Assembly (NCBI GenBank): GCA_965178125.1 | Contig: OZ237743.1 | Span: 744,001-808,000, forward strand | From: Bilabrum cf. latius | Lineage: Eukaryota | Length of the DNA stretch: 64,000 bases | Direction of reading: 5' to 3' | Part shown: piece after piece, positions 39,629 through 50,793 of the stretch | Layout of the letters: every line of letters starts with the position of its first letter | Numbering within the stretch: the first letter of the stretch is position 1 | The notes under the pieces: generated by a model | What the model was told of the DNA's origin: nothing | Database searches by the model: none | The model's input: the letters and a program-made list of their open reading frames with translations, nothing else | Program-made: the position numbers and the translations under genes

Positions 39629-40144
39629 ATGTCGCTTCAGGATTAGGCTACAGAAGAACCCCGTCCATGTTGGTACAGTCGTCCTCTCCATGTTGCATTG
39701 AGCTGCAAGGCGGTCTATGGCGATGAACAAGATCCCTTGGACGGGCCATGGGCGTGGAGGGTGCGGTGCATTCGACTCAGCCAGCCTGAGGTGACGAGAG
39801 ATGACCTGCCGGTGGAGGCCCCCGCGGAGCGGAGCAGCGCAGCCTCCGGAGGCAACAGGCAGCACCGCCAGCCAGGGGGTCCCATCGCCTCGTTGCCAGG
39901 CAGTCGTGGGTTGGTTCTACTGCCATACGTAGCCGTGGGGCAGTCGATCAGCTGGCGTTGGGTGGGCTCGTAGGGGAGGTGGGTAGGCCATGGGGCACTG
40001 GAGTGCCTTGTAGCCAGCAGCTGCTTCAAGAACCCCCAAGGTATGAGAGACAGGCTCTTCGAAGCCTGTTTTCGCCTGATTCGGGCGAAGGTTCGTTCTA
40101 GCCGAGATGCGTTTGGTCGCGGTCGCTTCACTTCACACCCCTAA
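39629..40144 (+). CDS. Possible small hypothetical protein (171 aa with two TAG=Gln)
   Basis: ATG at 39629, open except for TAG, ends in TAA at 40142. No recognisable motif, and a competing minus-strand ORF exists. Confidence 0.2.
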
Positions 40145-40157
40145 GGCGCGCCTGCCA

Positions 40158-42128
40158 ATGCGAAGAGCAGCAGCGCTGGCCGTGGCTTTCGCTACATTCG
40201 CAGTAGCTTCTAGACCTGACATCGAGCATGTTGTTGTGTGAGCTTGCCAAGAATCATGGGTCAGGATTCGCTGCTGCACCTTGGATTGGCCTCAGGCACC
40301 GCTGCGGGATCATATCCATTCAATGCGTTCCCACATGACAACACAATATTATATTTCGTTCAACTAGTAGACAAGGGAGCGACTTGTGTGTTCTGCTGCC
40401 TGCTTTCTATGGTCGCAGCATAATGCTTGAGAATCGGGCGTTCGACCACTACTTGGGGTGGATGCAGAAGAAGAATCCGAGTATTCATGGGCTGTCTGGT
40501 AACGAGAGCAATCCAGTCTCACCTGCGGATCCTTCCAAGGGAGCTTAGAGAGTGCTGCCGGGCTCCAACTACAGCAGCTGGGACCCAAACCACTCGGTGG
40601 GTGGGACGCGGCAGCAGATTTTCGGATTGACGAGCGAGCCATCGCCGGGTTCCGGGCATGCCAGCATGGATGGTTTCGTGGCAAACGCTATCGCGTCGGG
40701 CGGGACCGGCCCGGACGTGATGCAGGCGTTCGAGCCCGAGCAGGTCCCGGTTCTGAGCACACTGGCTTCTGAGTTTGCCGTGTTCGACAGGTTTTACGCC
40801 GGCATCCCCGGGCCCACTATGCCAAACCGGATGATGTTTCACAGCGCCACCGCTCACGGTCTTTGCGACGACAGCGTGCCGGATCTGCTGGAAGGCCTGC
40901 CCCAGCGCACGCTGTACGACAGCTTCGACGAGGCGAGCATCTCGTGGTCGCACTACTTTGAGGAAATCCCCGATGTGCTCGCACTGGACCGCATGCGGAC
41001 GCCCGAGAACCTCCAGAAGCTCCACTGGATGGGCGATTTCTCCAAGCACGTGCAGCAGGGAAACCTCACCCAGTACAGCTTCATCAACCCCGCCTTCGCC
41101 GGACTCCCGGACTTCCCCGCCCAGGACCAGCACCCGGCGCACGACGTCAGAGAGGGCGAGAAGCTCGTGAAGCAGGTGTATGAGACGCTGCGGGCGTCTC
41201 CTCTCTGGAATCGCTCCGCGCTCATCATCACGTGTGAGTCATTTTTTTGTGGAGGCGGTGATGCCAGGCTGGTCTGCTCCATCGAGAGCTTGGGGCGGAT
41301 GGACAGATCGATCGATGGATCGATGGACAGATCGATGGATCGGCGACTGCGCATAAGTAATACCCTCGGGAGACTCTTGCACATCGATGGAGCTTTTTTT
41401 TAAAACGTGCAGGAGATGGTGCATGGTGCCACGTTCCCACAGCTGCCATTTGCTCGGAATTTCACCTCCCACTTTTCTCCCCGTCACACAACGCAGACGA
41501 CGAGCACGGCGGATTCTTCGACGCGGCGCCCACACCCCTGACCGGCGTGCCCTCCCCGGACGGAATCAGGTGCTCCAACGGGGAGGACTTCGGCTTCGAC
41601 CGGCTCGGTGTCAGGATCCCGCTCATCGTGGCGAGCCCCTGGGTCAACAAGGGGACGGTGGAGCACGAGCCCCCGGCCGCGGCGAAGCCCGCGCACTCGT
41701 CACAGTATGACCTGACCTCCGTGGGCTCCACGGTCCGCAACCACTTCGGTGCCCCCGGTCGCAACCTCACGCAGAGGGACGCGTGGTCCGCCACGTTCAA
41801 CCACGTCTGGTCGCAGCGGTCCACACCCCGGACCGACTGCCCCAGCACGCTGCCCAGCCCGCCCTCCGACGACAGCGAGCACGCGCACGGCTTGTTCCCT
41901 GGATCCAGGGCACAGGATGGGTCGGCCCCTGCGACCGACCTGCAGCGCGCGCTGTACCAGCTGGCGGGTGCACTGCACGCTGACACCAAGGGCCTGCAGG
42001 CGAGCAGCGGCGCCACGGAGGCAGAGGCGAGTATGTTCATCCGCGGGCAGGTCGCAAGGCTGCTCGGCTGGGATGCAAGGAGTAAACCGGAGCATCCGCT
42101 CCACGGGACGGAGTTCCAGCAGGGCTGA
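40158..42128 (+). CDS. Non-specific phospholipase C / phosphoesterase family protein, secreted (~508 aa; exons 40158-40237, 40419-41233, 41497-42128)
   Basis: Signal peptide [17 protein letters not shown]; motifs [65 protein letters not shown]. One TAG at 40546; ends in TGA. Confidence 0.92.
40238..40418 (+). other. Spliceosomal intron (181 bp, GTGAGC...TCGCAG)
   Basis: Removal rebuilds the conserved HVVV-IMLENR motif. Confidence 0.88.
41234..41496 (+). other. Spliceosomal intron (263 bp, GTGAGT...ACGCAG) containing short GATCGATGGA-type repeats
   Basis: Removal rebuilds the conserved [12 protein letters not shown] motif. Confidence 0.92.
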
Positions 42129-42313
42129 GCACTGCATTGCACGGCTAGGCCCTGGTGCCGGTGCCGGGCTCCCACCCCGAGATCGCGGCAGCGCATTGAT
42201 CGCGCGGTAGACTCTGCCAGAGCTGCAAAGCTCTTGCAAATCAGCCCAACCGCGCGCAGTAAGGCTTGATTGATTCGGTTGCAGAGCAGCCATGCAGCTT
42301 TTTTTGGCCAGGC

Positions 42314-42339
42314 CAGAAATACAGAAATACAGAAATACA
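42314..42339. repeat. (CAGAAATA)x3 short tandem repeat
   Basis: Directly visible; reads (TATTTCTG)n on the minus strand, downstream of ORF 42549..43166. Confidence 0.85.
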
Positions 42340-42548
42340 TTGTTGGGTAAAGATTCCGTAAGCACCCAGATGCACCGTCGCCCCCGAGGGGGTTTGGGTG
42401 ATCACCTAGATCCAGAGGAGCCCTAAAACAAAGGACTACAAGACCCCCGACCCTTTCAGGCCAAAGGCCCCCCGTTCTCAGCCTATGCCGCCGAGTTCCC
42501 ATTCTTCGCCATCAGTGTGGTCCCCCACAGGCCCCCAGCCTGTTGCCT

Positions 42549-43166
42549 TCACAAGGAGAAAGCATACAGGTGCGGAGCGTGTGCCCGGCACAAGGCGCGG
42601 TCCAGTCCCACATCGGGGTCCCCGGTCGAGACCCACCATTTCCTCCTCCATGACCGTCTCTGCGTCTCACGATCCTTCAGAGAGGCGAGCATGCACGCGC
42701 TCATGCCTTTGGCCCATTGCCTCTCTATATCCTTTAGCAGGCCGTGGGGCTTGAAAAGCCGTCGCTGTAGTCGGGCGTTCGCATTGGTTGCCGCTATCAG
42801 CTCCTGCGTGGCCGTGGCGGCTAAGGCAGCCGCCGCATCACCACGCATCCACTGCCTGCATGTCAGCTGCTCCTGCTGGCGCAGCTGGTTTCTGAGCACC
42901 TGCACCACTCGGTTGGCCAGCACCTTGGCAGCTGTACGTTCCGAGGACCGTGCAATCGTGCGCTCTATCCGAATGAGCGCGCCTTCGACGATTGGCTTGG
43001 CCCTGTTGGTGTGCTCCAGCTTCTCGTCCCAGGGATCCAGGGCGAGAGCTGTCTTCGCCCATGCCTTCCGAAGAGAGGCGGGCGACCTCCCTCTATTCTG
43101 ATCCCCGGCATCAGGTTGCCACGGCTTCGTTTCCAGCGCAGCCGTGTAGTAAGGAGTACTTTTCAT
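42549..43166 (-). CDS. Hypothetical basic protein (205 aa), possibly a retroelement remnant
   Basis: ATG-to-TGA ORF filling the gap between the PLC and S28 genes; no motif recognised. Confidence 0.35.
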   Translation of the reverse strand: MKSTPYYTAALETKPWQPDAGDQNRGRSPASLRKAWAKTALALDPWDEKLEHTNRAKPIVEGALIRIERTIARSSERTAAKVLANRVVQVLRNQLRQQEQLTCRQWMRGDAAAALAATATQELIAATNANARLQRRLFKPHGLLKDIERQWAKGMSACMLASLKDRETQRRSWRRKWWVSTGDPDVGLDRALCRAHAPHLYAFSL

Positions 43167-43236
43167 TGGATTCTGACTTATCTCTTGCGACGGCAGACTG
43201 CAAGAAAACTAAACCTTAAGGTCTATTCTCGGCCTC

Positions 43237-44706
43237 ATGAGGCTAGTAGATATTTGCACGCTATCTTGTTTGGCGGCGGTATCTTTGGGAGCGCCGTGGC
43301 GAATGGAGGGAGTGGATCACCGGGCTGCGAAAGCCGAAGTGCTTGGTTCGTCGACTACCGGGAGCCTTTCGGACGATCCGTGGAAGAATTACACGCAGAC
43401 CGTCGGGGATTACGACCAGCTCTTGGATCATTTTGACCCTACCGCGTATACGGTGTTTAAGCAGCGATATTTTGCGATTAACGACTTCTTCAAGGCTCCT
43501 GCCAAGGGCCAAAAGGCCCGCATTCTGCTTCACGTGTGCGGGGAGTACACGTGCGAAGGCATCTTCCCCTTCCGTCTGGCTCCTATGAAAGATGCGTACG
43601 ACCTCGGGGCTGCTGTCGTCTCGCTGGAGCACAGGTTCTTCGGCGAGAGCTAGCCCTTCGAGCAGCTCACTACCGAGAACCTTCGGTACCAGTCCGTGCT
43701 GCAGGCGCTTGCCGACCTCGCGCAGTTCCAGCAGTGGTACCAGGGCCATCTCGTTTCCGAGCTGGGTCTCCCTGCCGACACCGAGTTCAGCGTCGTGGTG
43801 GTGGGAGGCTCGTACCCAGGCGCCCTAGCATCGTGGTACAGGGTCATGTACCCCTGGCTGACCGTGGGCTCGCATTCCGCCTCTGGCGTCGTGGAAGCGA
43901 TCCGCGACTTCACGGCTTTCGACGAGCAGGTGGCGACGAGCGCGGGGCCCGAGTGCGCCGCGGCCCTCAGGCAGGCAACGATGGAGGTCACCGCTGCCAT
44001 GCCGGGCGTCAAGGCCAGGTTCAACGCGCAGGACCTGGAGATCGACGGCGATTTCTGGTACTTTCTCGCGGATGCTGCCGCTGAGCTCGTGCAGTACGCC
44101 CACACCCCCGTGCTGTGCAAGGCGATGCTTCCTCCGTACAGAGCGGGCAAGCCGGTGCTCGACGCTTGGGTCGACCTGGTCAACGGATACTTCGTGAAGA
44201 CGCTGGGCAACAGCCCCGGTGACTACGACCAGAAGGGCCTCGCTAAAACCGGAACCGGACCGGGGACCAACTTCAACGGCCGGTCCTGGTGGTGGATGAA
44301 GTGCACGCAAGTGGCATTCTGGCAAGTGGCACCCAGCACTGCTCCGATTCGATCCCGGGAGCTCAACGACACGTACCACCGCGAGCTGTGCAAGAGCGTG
44401 TTCGGGCTGGATTCTCCCCCGAACGTGACAAGGATCAACACGCTGCTAGGCGGCAACAGCACAGGCGTCGCACCGACGATTTGGACCAACGGGGGTGCCG
44501 ACCCCTGGCAGCACGCTGGAGTGGTGCGGAGCCTTGGGCCCGACAAGCAAGCCGTCGTGGTGAGCTGCGAGGACGAGGTGTGCGCGCACTGCCAGACCCT
44601 GTACACTCCTGAGGCGGATGATCCGCAGCCGCTCGTCGAGGCGAGGGCGCTGGTCTCCAGCTCCATCAAGAAGTGGTACGAGGACGCCGATGCTCGGTCG
44701 CACTGA
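43237..44706 (+). CDS. Serine carboxypeptidase family S28 (lysosomal Pro-X carboxypeptidase/PRSS16-like), ~489 aa
   Basis: Signal peptide; motifs QLLDHFD, FKQRY, LEHRFFGES*PF...TENLRY.SV.QALADLA, catalytic GGSYPG, RSWWWMKC, TNGGADPW, AHC. Single TAG at 43651 inside a conserved block; ends in TGA. Confidence 0.93.
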
Positions 44707-44889
44707 GTGTGCGGCAGCGGCTGCAAAGATAGGATTACTGCCACGAGAAAGAGAGCGAGCAGGCAAGCAACATATTTTGGGGGGATCGGACTGTGATGAC
44801 GATCGCATTGGCTGCGCATGGTCCATATGCCATTTCGTATCGTTCGTACCACAAAGAAAGCAACTGTTGCGCTCCTACTCTTCGCAAGC

Positions 44890-47508
44890 ATGTCATCAAG
44901 CTCGAATCCAACAGCTGGAACATCGTTGCCCTCGTTGCCCAGGGCGCTGCCGCCGGCATCGACCGCTGGCGCCAAGACGTCCCGCCCCAGGCTGAAACGG
45001 CTGAAAAGACCAGCCGACGGCTCCAAGCGACAAGATGTTCAGGTACGATTGCTAGGGGCGCGGAAAGCTGGTGATCACGTTGACTATGAGCTGGAGATAA
45101 CGTGGCGGGGGTGGTTGCAGTGGAGGATTGGCCGGCGATACAGCGAGTTTGTGGATCTTGACAAGCAACTCCGGCTTGAGCTCGATCAATCACCGCACCT
45201 GATGCAATAGCTGCAGCTAGCTGCGCGACCCAGGTCTACACGCGACGCGACTGCTGGAGCAGAGGCGAAATCGAAAGGCCCGCTACCGCCGCTGCCCAGC
45301 AAGACTTTGCTTACGAGCAAATTCTCAGAAGACTTGCTGCGCAAACGGGAGGCTATGCTATCGTAGTATGTATCTGCGATAGAGTCGGTTGCATCTGCTT
45401 CAATTCAGGTGGACATCTTCTTGGAGCTCTCGGCGCGCACGCTGCCCGTCCATCTGCACAAGCTGCAGAGGAGCGAGGATCTTCGCGCCGTGGTCGACGC
45501 TGCGATGAGTGCTCTAGGTTTGGGCGATTTCGCGGCTCCATCAGGGAATACTGACCCTAGCGGGACGCGATGGGGGCCTGCGGGAGCAGGCTCGCCGGCT
45601 GGGCAGGCGTTCGCGTCGTCGGCTGACGCTCCGTTCGCATCTGACGGTTCCTCGGGGGCGGGCAGCGGTTCCGCTGCCGGAGGGGCGGGTAGATCCTTTG
45701 CCTCGCCCCCGGTCGCCAGATCGGTCACGTCAGGATCCGGCTCTCAAGGCAGCCCGACTGCGAGGGCGGGCGACCTCTCGTGGCGCGACTACGCGCCGGA
45801 ATAGCGCACCCGAGCACTTCCAGGGCTTCGAAAGGCAATTGAGGCCGTCAGAAGCGGGTAGAAATCGGGTTCTTCCCCCGGGAGTGTCGGCATTGATCGC
45901 GAGGAGCGCGCCGGGGAAGCTGCCCGGGTGCTTGAGGCGATCTGTGCTCGCCTCGAAGCAACTGTTCGCTCTATCGAAGAGGAGGCGCAAGTGCTCGAGC
46001 AGAGGGCGAGCACGGACCAGGGCATTTTCGAGCAGCTGCGCGAGGGCGTGGAGAAGGCGAAGGAGAGAAGGAGGACGCGGGAGGAGAGGAGGAGGCTGGC
46101 CATTCAGAGGAAACGGCGGGAGGTCGTAGCTCGTGAGGCACAGCTCCGATCGCTCGAGGGTGAGCAGCAGACGCTGCTGCGGCACATCCGGTCTCTCATC
46201 GCTCGCCACGATGCGTGCGTGCAGCGCACTGCGGCGCACGAGGAGCAGTTCGCTGGGCTGCTCAAGCAGCTGGCTGCGTCCAAGAAGCAGCAGGCGGACT
46301 GGATGGGGCAGGGCAAGAGCGCGAGCCAGAGCAATAGCACGAGTCACCGTGTTGGATCTGGTAGGGCCAGGCAGGGCACAGGGGACAGCGCAGATTGCTC
46401 TGATGGCGGCGCCGCTGAGGGGTAGCACAGGCACGTGTCGAGCGGGTCACTGCGGCGGCGTGGCACATTTGGCAGGAGGGAGCAGGTCGGTATGGGCGCG
46501 TCTGCAAGCAGAGGGGAGAAGGGCAATAGCAGCAGCAGGAGCGGTGACGTGACAGCCATTGCTGCTGCTACTGCTGCTCCTGATGGCGATGAAGCCGACG
46601 ATCAGGTCGGCTCGGTGCAGAGCGATTTGCCGAGCCTCGGGCCGGGGTCAGATGCCGAGGACGGCGGCGGTGCATCTGAGTCGTCGAAAGCGACCGACAG
46701 GCAACCCACCGGCCATAGGGCGGCGCCTTCAAATGTAGTGCAAGGTCGCGGAGTTGGAGTTCCTCCCCATTCAGGCAGGCAGTCCCTCGAAGAGGCCCAG
46801 GTCATCGCACAGCAGCTCGGGTATGGCTATCAGGGCCACGGGCAGGCCCTCTTTACCGCGGTCAGGCAGTCGGAGGAGGTATACCAGCTACTGTGCGACG
46901 CAAAATCCAAATGGATTGCTAGCAGGGTTGAAGATACCGATGGAAACGATACGGAAGCGGTTGACTTGTAGTCCGCAGGCGGTGCAGGTGCTGGTGCTGC
47001 TGGTGCCGGTGCAGGTGCCGGTGCTGCTAGTGCCGGTGCAGGTGCAGCTTCATCATCCAGTGATTGCGACGCAGCAAGCTGGCACCCCTCCGTGGATGTG
47101 CCGCAAGTGGCAGTGCTGTAGGGCCACGAAGCCGAGGAAGCAAGGCAAGAGCTGCGCGTGATCGAGGCCAAGGCAAGGGAGATCGGCATGGCTCTGTGCA
47201 CGGGTGCATCCGGCGAGGTTGTCCACCTCCTCGAGCGGTGCGCCTTGGATAACCTGACGGCTCTGTCCACTGTACTGCTGGGATCTTCTTCTTCTTCTTC
47301 TGCTGCTGCTGCTTCTTCATCTACAGCATCTTTGTCCAAGGCGACCGCCCCGGCTGCAAGTGACCCGACATCATCGAGTGCAGCGGAGTTGGGTCGCAAG
47401 GGGAAGTCCTCCCTGAAGCGCAGCGAGCCACGGGCGGGCGGCAGCATTGGCAACGGTGACAGGGCAAAGCACGCAGCGTCAGGGTCTGGATCCACTTTCA
47501 GTTCATGA
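44890..47508 (+). CDS. PX-domain protein with coiled-coil region (~872 aa; 3' end somewhat uncertain)
   Basis: PX motifs HVDYELEI...W.IGRRYSEF.DLDKQL, LPPLPSK, LLRKREAMLS*YV, IFLEL. Co-frame fragments joined by TAG at 45208, 45364, 45802, 46423, 46969; TGA at 47506. Confidence 0.8.
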
Positions 47509-47655
47509 GTGGCTAGCGATATTGCTGGGTTGATCAGGTGTGGATAAATGCCGTCAACAGTGAGTAGTGACAACGCCCAACGGCACGCGAGCTAGCGTGC
47601 TCAGCATGATTGTGTCCCACAACTTAAGTTTTTTGGTAAATGCAATGCTCCCACA

Positions 47656-48936
47656 TTATCGGGAATCCTTCAACGAATGGAGGGGGCTGTCTGCCCCTTC
47701 ACCGCTGGCTGCCGATGGATCCCCCGGGCCACCCAGTCCTCGTGGTAGCGCTAGCACCGATGCATCTACACCGCTTCCCTTGCAGCCTGCGTCCCCACCG
47801 GCCTCACAGGATTCTGCTTTGCAGCCTGCGTCCCCATCAGCCTCACAGAGTCCTGGTCCAGCCACTGGTTCATCTGCTCGTTCACAAGACGGGGCACTGC
47901 CTATCGCGCTATCTGCATCGTGACCCGCCCTTTCCGCACCAGCCGGAGCCTTTGAAGAGTCCTGAGGCCTGGGGCGAGCGGCGCCGCCGGATGCACCACT
48001 GCTTCCGCTACTACTAGCACCTGCAGCTTCCGCGCCCACAGCAAGATGCGCCCCCGCACTGCCAGACCCGACCTAGGACGCGACATGCGGCAAGACGAGT
48101 GGCTCATCGGGCTGCCTGGGCCACCCGACTGGGGTCCAGCTCGGTAGCGCGCCCGGTCGAGGCGGCATCGACATGGCCTCGTGCACCCATTTCGCGGTGG
48201 CTGGTAGCAACAGTTTGTCGATACGCTCTTTGACAGCATCTTCCCCACTGACCCATTCAATTTTTGCTGCAGTCCGCGGATCAATAAAAGGTTTCAGGGC
48301 TCCATACAGCATCCCAAATACCGTAGGTGCGTCCAGCAGGATCACCCTTCCGAGCCTCTCAGGATAAATTTCCGAGAACGTGGAGACGATCGTGGTTCCC
48401 AGAGATGGGTTCATGCAGTCTTTGAACCCAAAACCGTTGAAGTCGACCAGAAAAACAAACTAAGATGCGGCCCCAGGCAAGCCAAAACCTGTTTCAAGAT
48501 TGTGTATCACGTGGTCGACAGATTCTTTCGTAGAAAGATTTGTGGCCCTTGGAGAATTGCCAAAAATGACCGGTCTGCCTTCTCGGTCCAAACCAAGCAG
48601 TTTCAGGCAGTGCGAGGTGGCATCTTCTGCACAGTTTGCACACGTCATGCCATCGAACACCCGCTCCGCCCTCCAGGATAGAGCAAAGCTTAATTTCTTG
48701 CGGCAGGCTTCAGTTGACCCCTTAGTTGCGATCAAGAACCGACGTATGCACGCTTCATCGGCATGTTGCCGCAAACTTGCCAGATCAGAAGAAGCCCCAA
48801 CGTCAGGCAAGTCACTGGGCCTCTCACTGCCCTTTCCACCGCACTCAATGAAACTCCAGCACCGCTCCAACCATTCCCTAACTATTTTCACTTTCGCTTT
48901 AGGGGAATACTCGCTGCCATCGGAAACTCCGGCCAT
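47656..48936 (-). CDS. CRAL-TRIO/Sec14-like lipid-binding protein (~426 aa)
   Basis: Motifs IRRFLIAT.G, ALSWR, GLDREGRPVI, *FVFLVDFNGF, YPERLG.VILLDAP.VF..LY...KPFIDPRTAAKI. TAG at 48460 and 48073; ends in TAA at 47656. Confidence 0.88.
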
Positions 48937-49016
48937 ACAGGGAGGCAATTTTGATTGCGAGGAGACGGCGCCGAGGCAACTGCAGATGATGACGAGTGTC
49001 TCTGCAGTTTGCCCAT

Positions 49017-49819
49017 TCACTGCCTTGCATGGACAAGAGCACCCGCGCTTGGCGCGGAGTCGCGGCTAGCCTCTGATTTCTTAACCCGCACAAACAGCGC
49101 CTTGCCCTCTGTGAGCACCTGCTCCACCGGCTGGTCCTCGCCCGCACCATCGTGCACCCGGATGATCTGTCCCTGCAGCCACACCTTCCTGCCTTCCTCG
49201 CTCAATACCTTCGCCTGCGGTGCGTAATACAGTGTAAGTCCATCATAAAAATGCAGTGAGCATGGTGCATGGGACAAGATCATGGATGCGGGGCCAAGAT
49301 GCGGCCTCGAGCTGGATCTACATGACCACGTCTCACTCTGAACACCAAATCCGTGTCGATGGGAACGGGGGCGCGGTAGTCCACGTCCAGGTGGGCTGTG
49401 AAGCCCGGAGTACCTCCGCAGCATGCGTAAAACAAGCAACCGAACCCGTCATCGAGAACGCTGGCAACGCAACCGCCGTGTGCAATGCCCTTATGGGACT
49501 GCACTCCTTGTCCGACTCGAAAGGCTATCTCAACCTCTTTCGAGTCCAAGCTCGTAAAAATATCATAGCGTTGAATCTTGTCGCTTTTGGGGTCGAGAAG
49601 TGCACGATAAATGAAATGGTGCGGGTGCTTAAACTTTTTTGTCACGTCGACGGCCGTCATGTCCGCTTTCGCAACTGTAAGCTGCATGGGATGTGCAGCA
49701 GCCCTGCCCTTGCTCCTAGTAGCCGGTTTCCCTTCGGCTGACACGCGTAGCTACCAGCAATGCGCAGATACAGCAAGGATTGGTGCGCTTGAAGCAATTG
49801 CCAGGCGTGATTGCCGCAT
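49017..49819 (-). CDS. Hotdog-fold acyl-CoA thioesterase (PaaI/THEM4-like), ~226 aa; exons 49819-49337 and 49214-49017
   Basis: Motifs HKGIAHGGCVASVLDD, GFTAHLDVDYRAPVP, EGRKVWL.G, EGKALFV. TAG at 49751 within an Arg/Ser-rich, presequence-like N-terminus; ends in TGA. Confidence 0.85.
49215..49336 (-). other. Spliceosomal intron (122 bp, GTGAGA...CCGCAG)
   Basis: Removal joins DLVFR to AKVLSEEGRK and completes the hotdog fold. Confidence 0.8.
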
Positions 49820-50054
49820 ATCAAGTATCTAATCTACTTGTTCTTCGTGCTCCTATCTAACAATGAACTTAAAGTATGCTTTTACTGAGTACAATTGGGG
49901 CTGCTTATTGAGGAAAGCTGCAAAACTGCGGGAAACAATGTTCAGGTTCCCCAATATGATGAACGAACGTTCATCATTTGATGCATTGCACTGTAGGTGG
50001 TCGGATTGCCTCGAAGTCAACTTGAAAGCTTATTGTGGCAATTATGGATACCCC

Positions 50055-50762
50055 ATGAGCATTTTGGCAACCAAAATTAGTGATGTATGTTCTTGCATTG
50101 AGCAAGGTCGGCTCAGCAGGTCCTCGATCGAGGTAAGGATGAAGAATTGCATTGGTAGTGTCCGCCTGCTTCCTTGGCTTCTGCTATCCTTGTTGCATGC
50201 TCCAGTCATGTACCCGATGTATCGCAGGAGACTAAAACATGGGCAAGGCAGCACCCGGTTGATGCCGTATCTTTTTTGAAGAGCTTGGCATCTGCAACGC
50301 ATGACTTACGTTAGAGGCACAAAGACGCGCCGCTTGTAACGTAGCAACCGAGTGCGCATCGTGGGAGTCGAATAGGCTCAAAAACACAGCACGAAACGTC
50401 GTTTGGATCCTCCCGGAACAGAATTTCCTCGCCAGCATCGGCCAGGGCTGGAGAATCCAGACCTGGTGCGCAGGAGCGTGGAAGCTCCTTCAGTCGCGTT
50501 GCACCGCCCCGGCTACCCGTGGATGACGAGGAAAAGAGTGCTATATCGAAACACAAATCGTCTTAGGATAGATTAGACGAAAACCCACCAAATGATCCCG
50601 ATAGCATCAGCAGAGGCAGGCTGCCTTCGCCGAGTCCGTCCGGCAGCGGGTCCTCCACGAGGCAGCACAGCCCATCGGCTGCATCATCCTCAGGAACCGC
50701 ATCATCTATAGCTTCTGCTACTGGACCCCGCGTGTCAAAACGCAGGGCGGGCGATCCGGCGG

Positions 50763-50793
<31 letters not shown>

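Noticed and set aside
47567-47923. Plus-strand 118-aa Pro/Ser-rich ORF as a separate gene or PX exon
   Set aside because: It is mostly antisense to the CRAL-TRIO C-terminal extension (48073 to 47656), and I found no convincing splice link to the PX gene.
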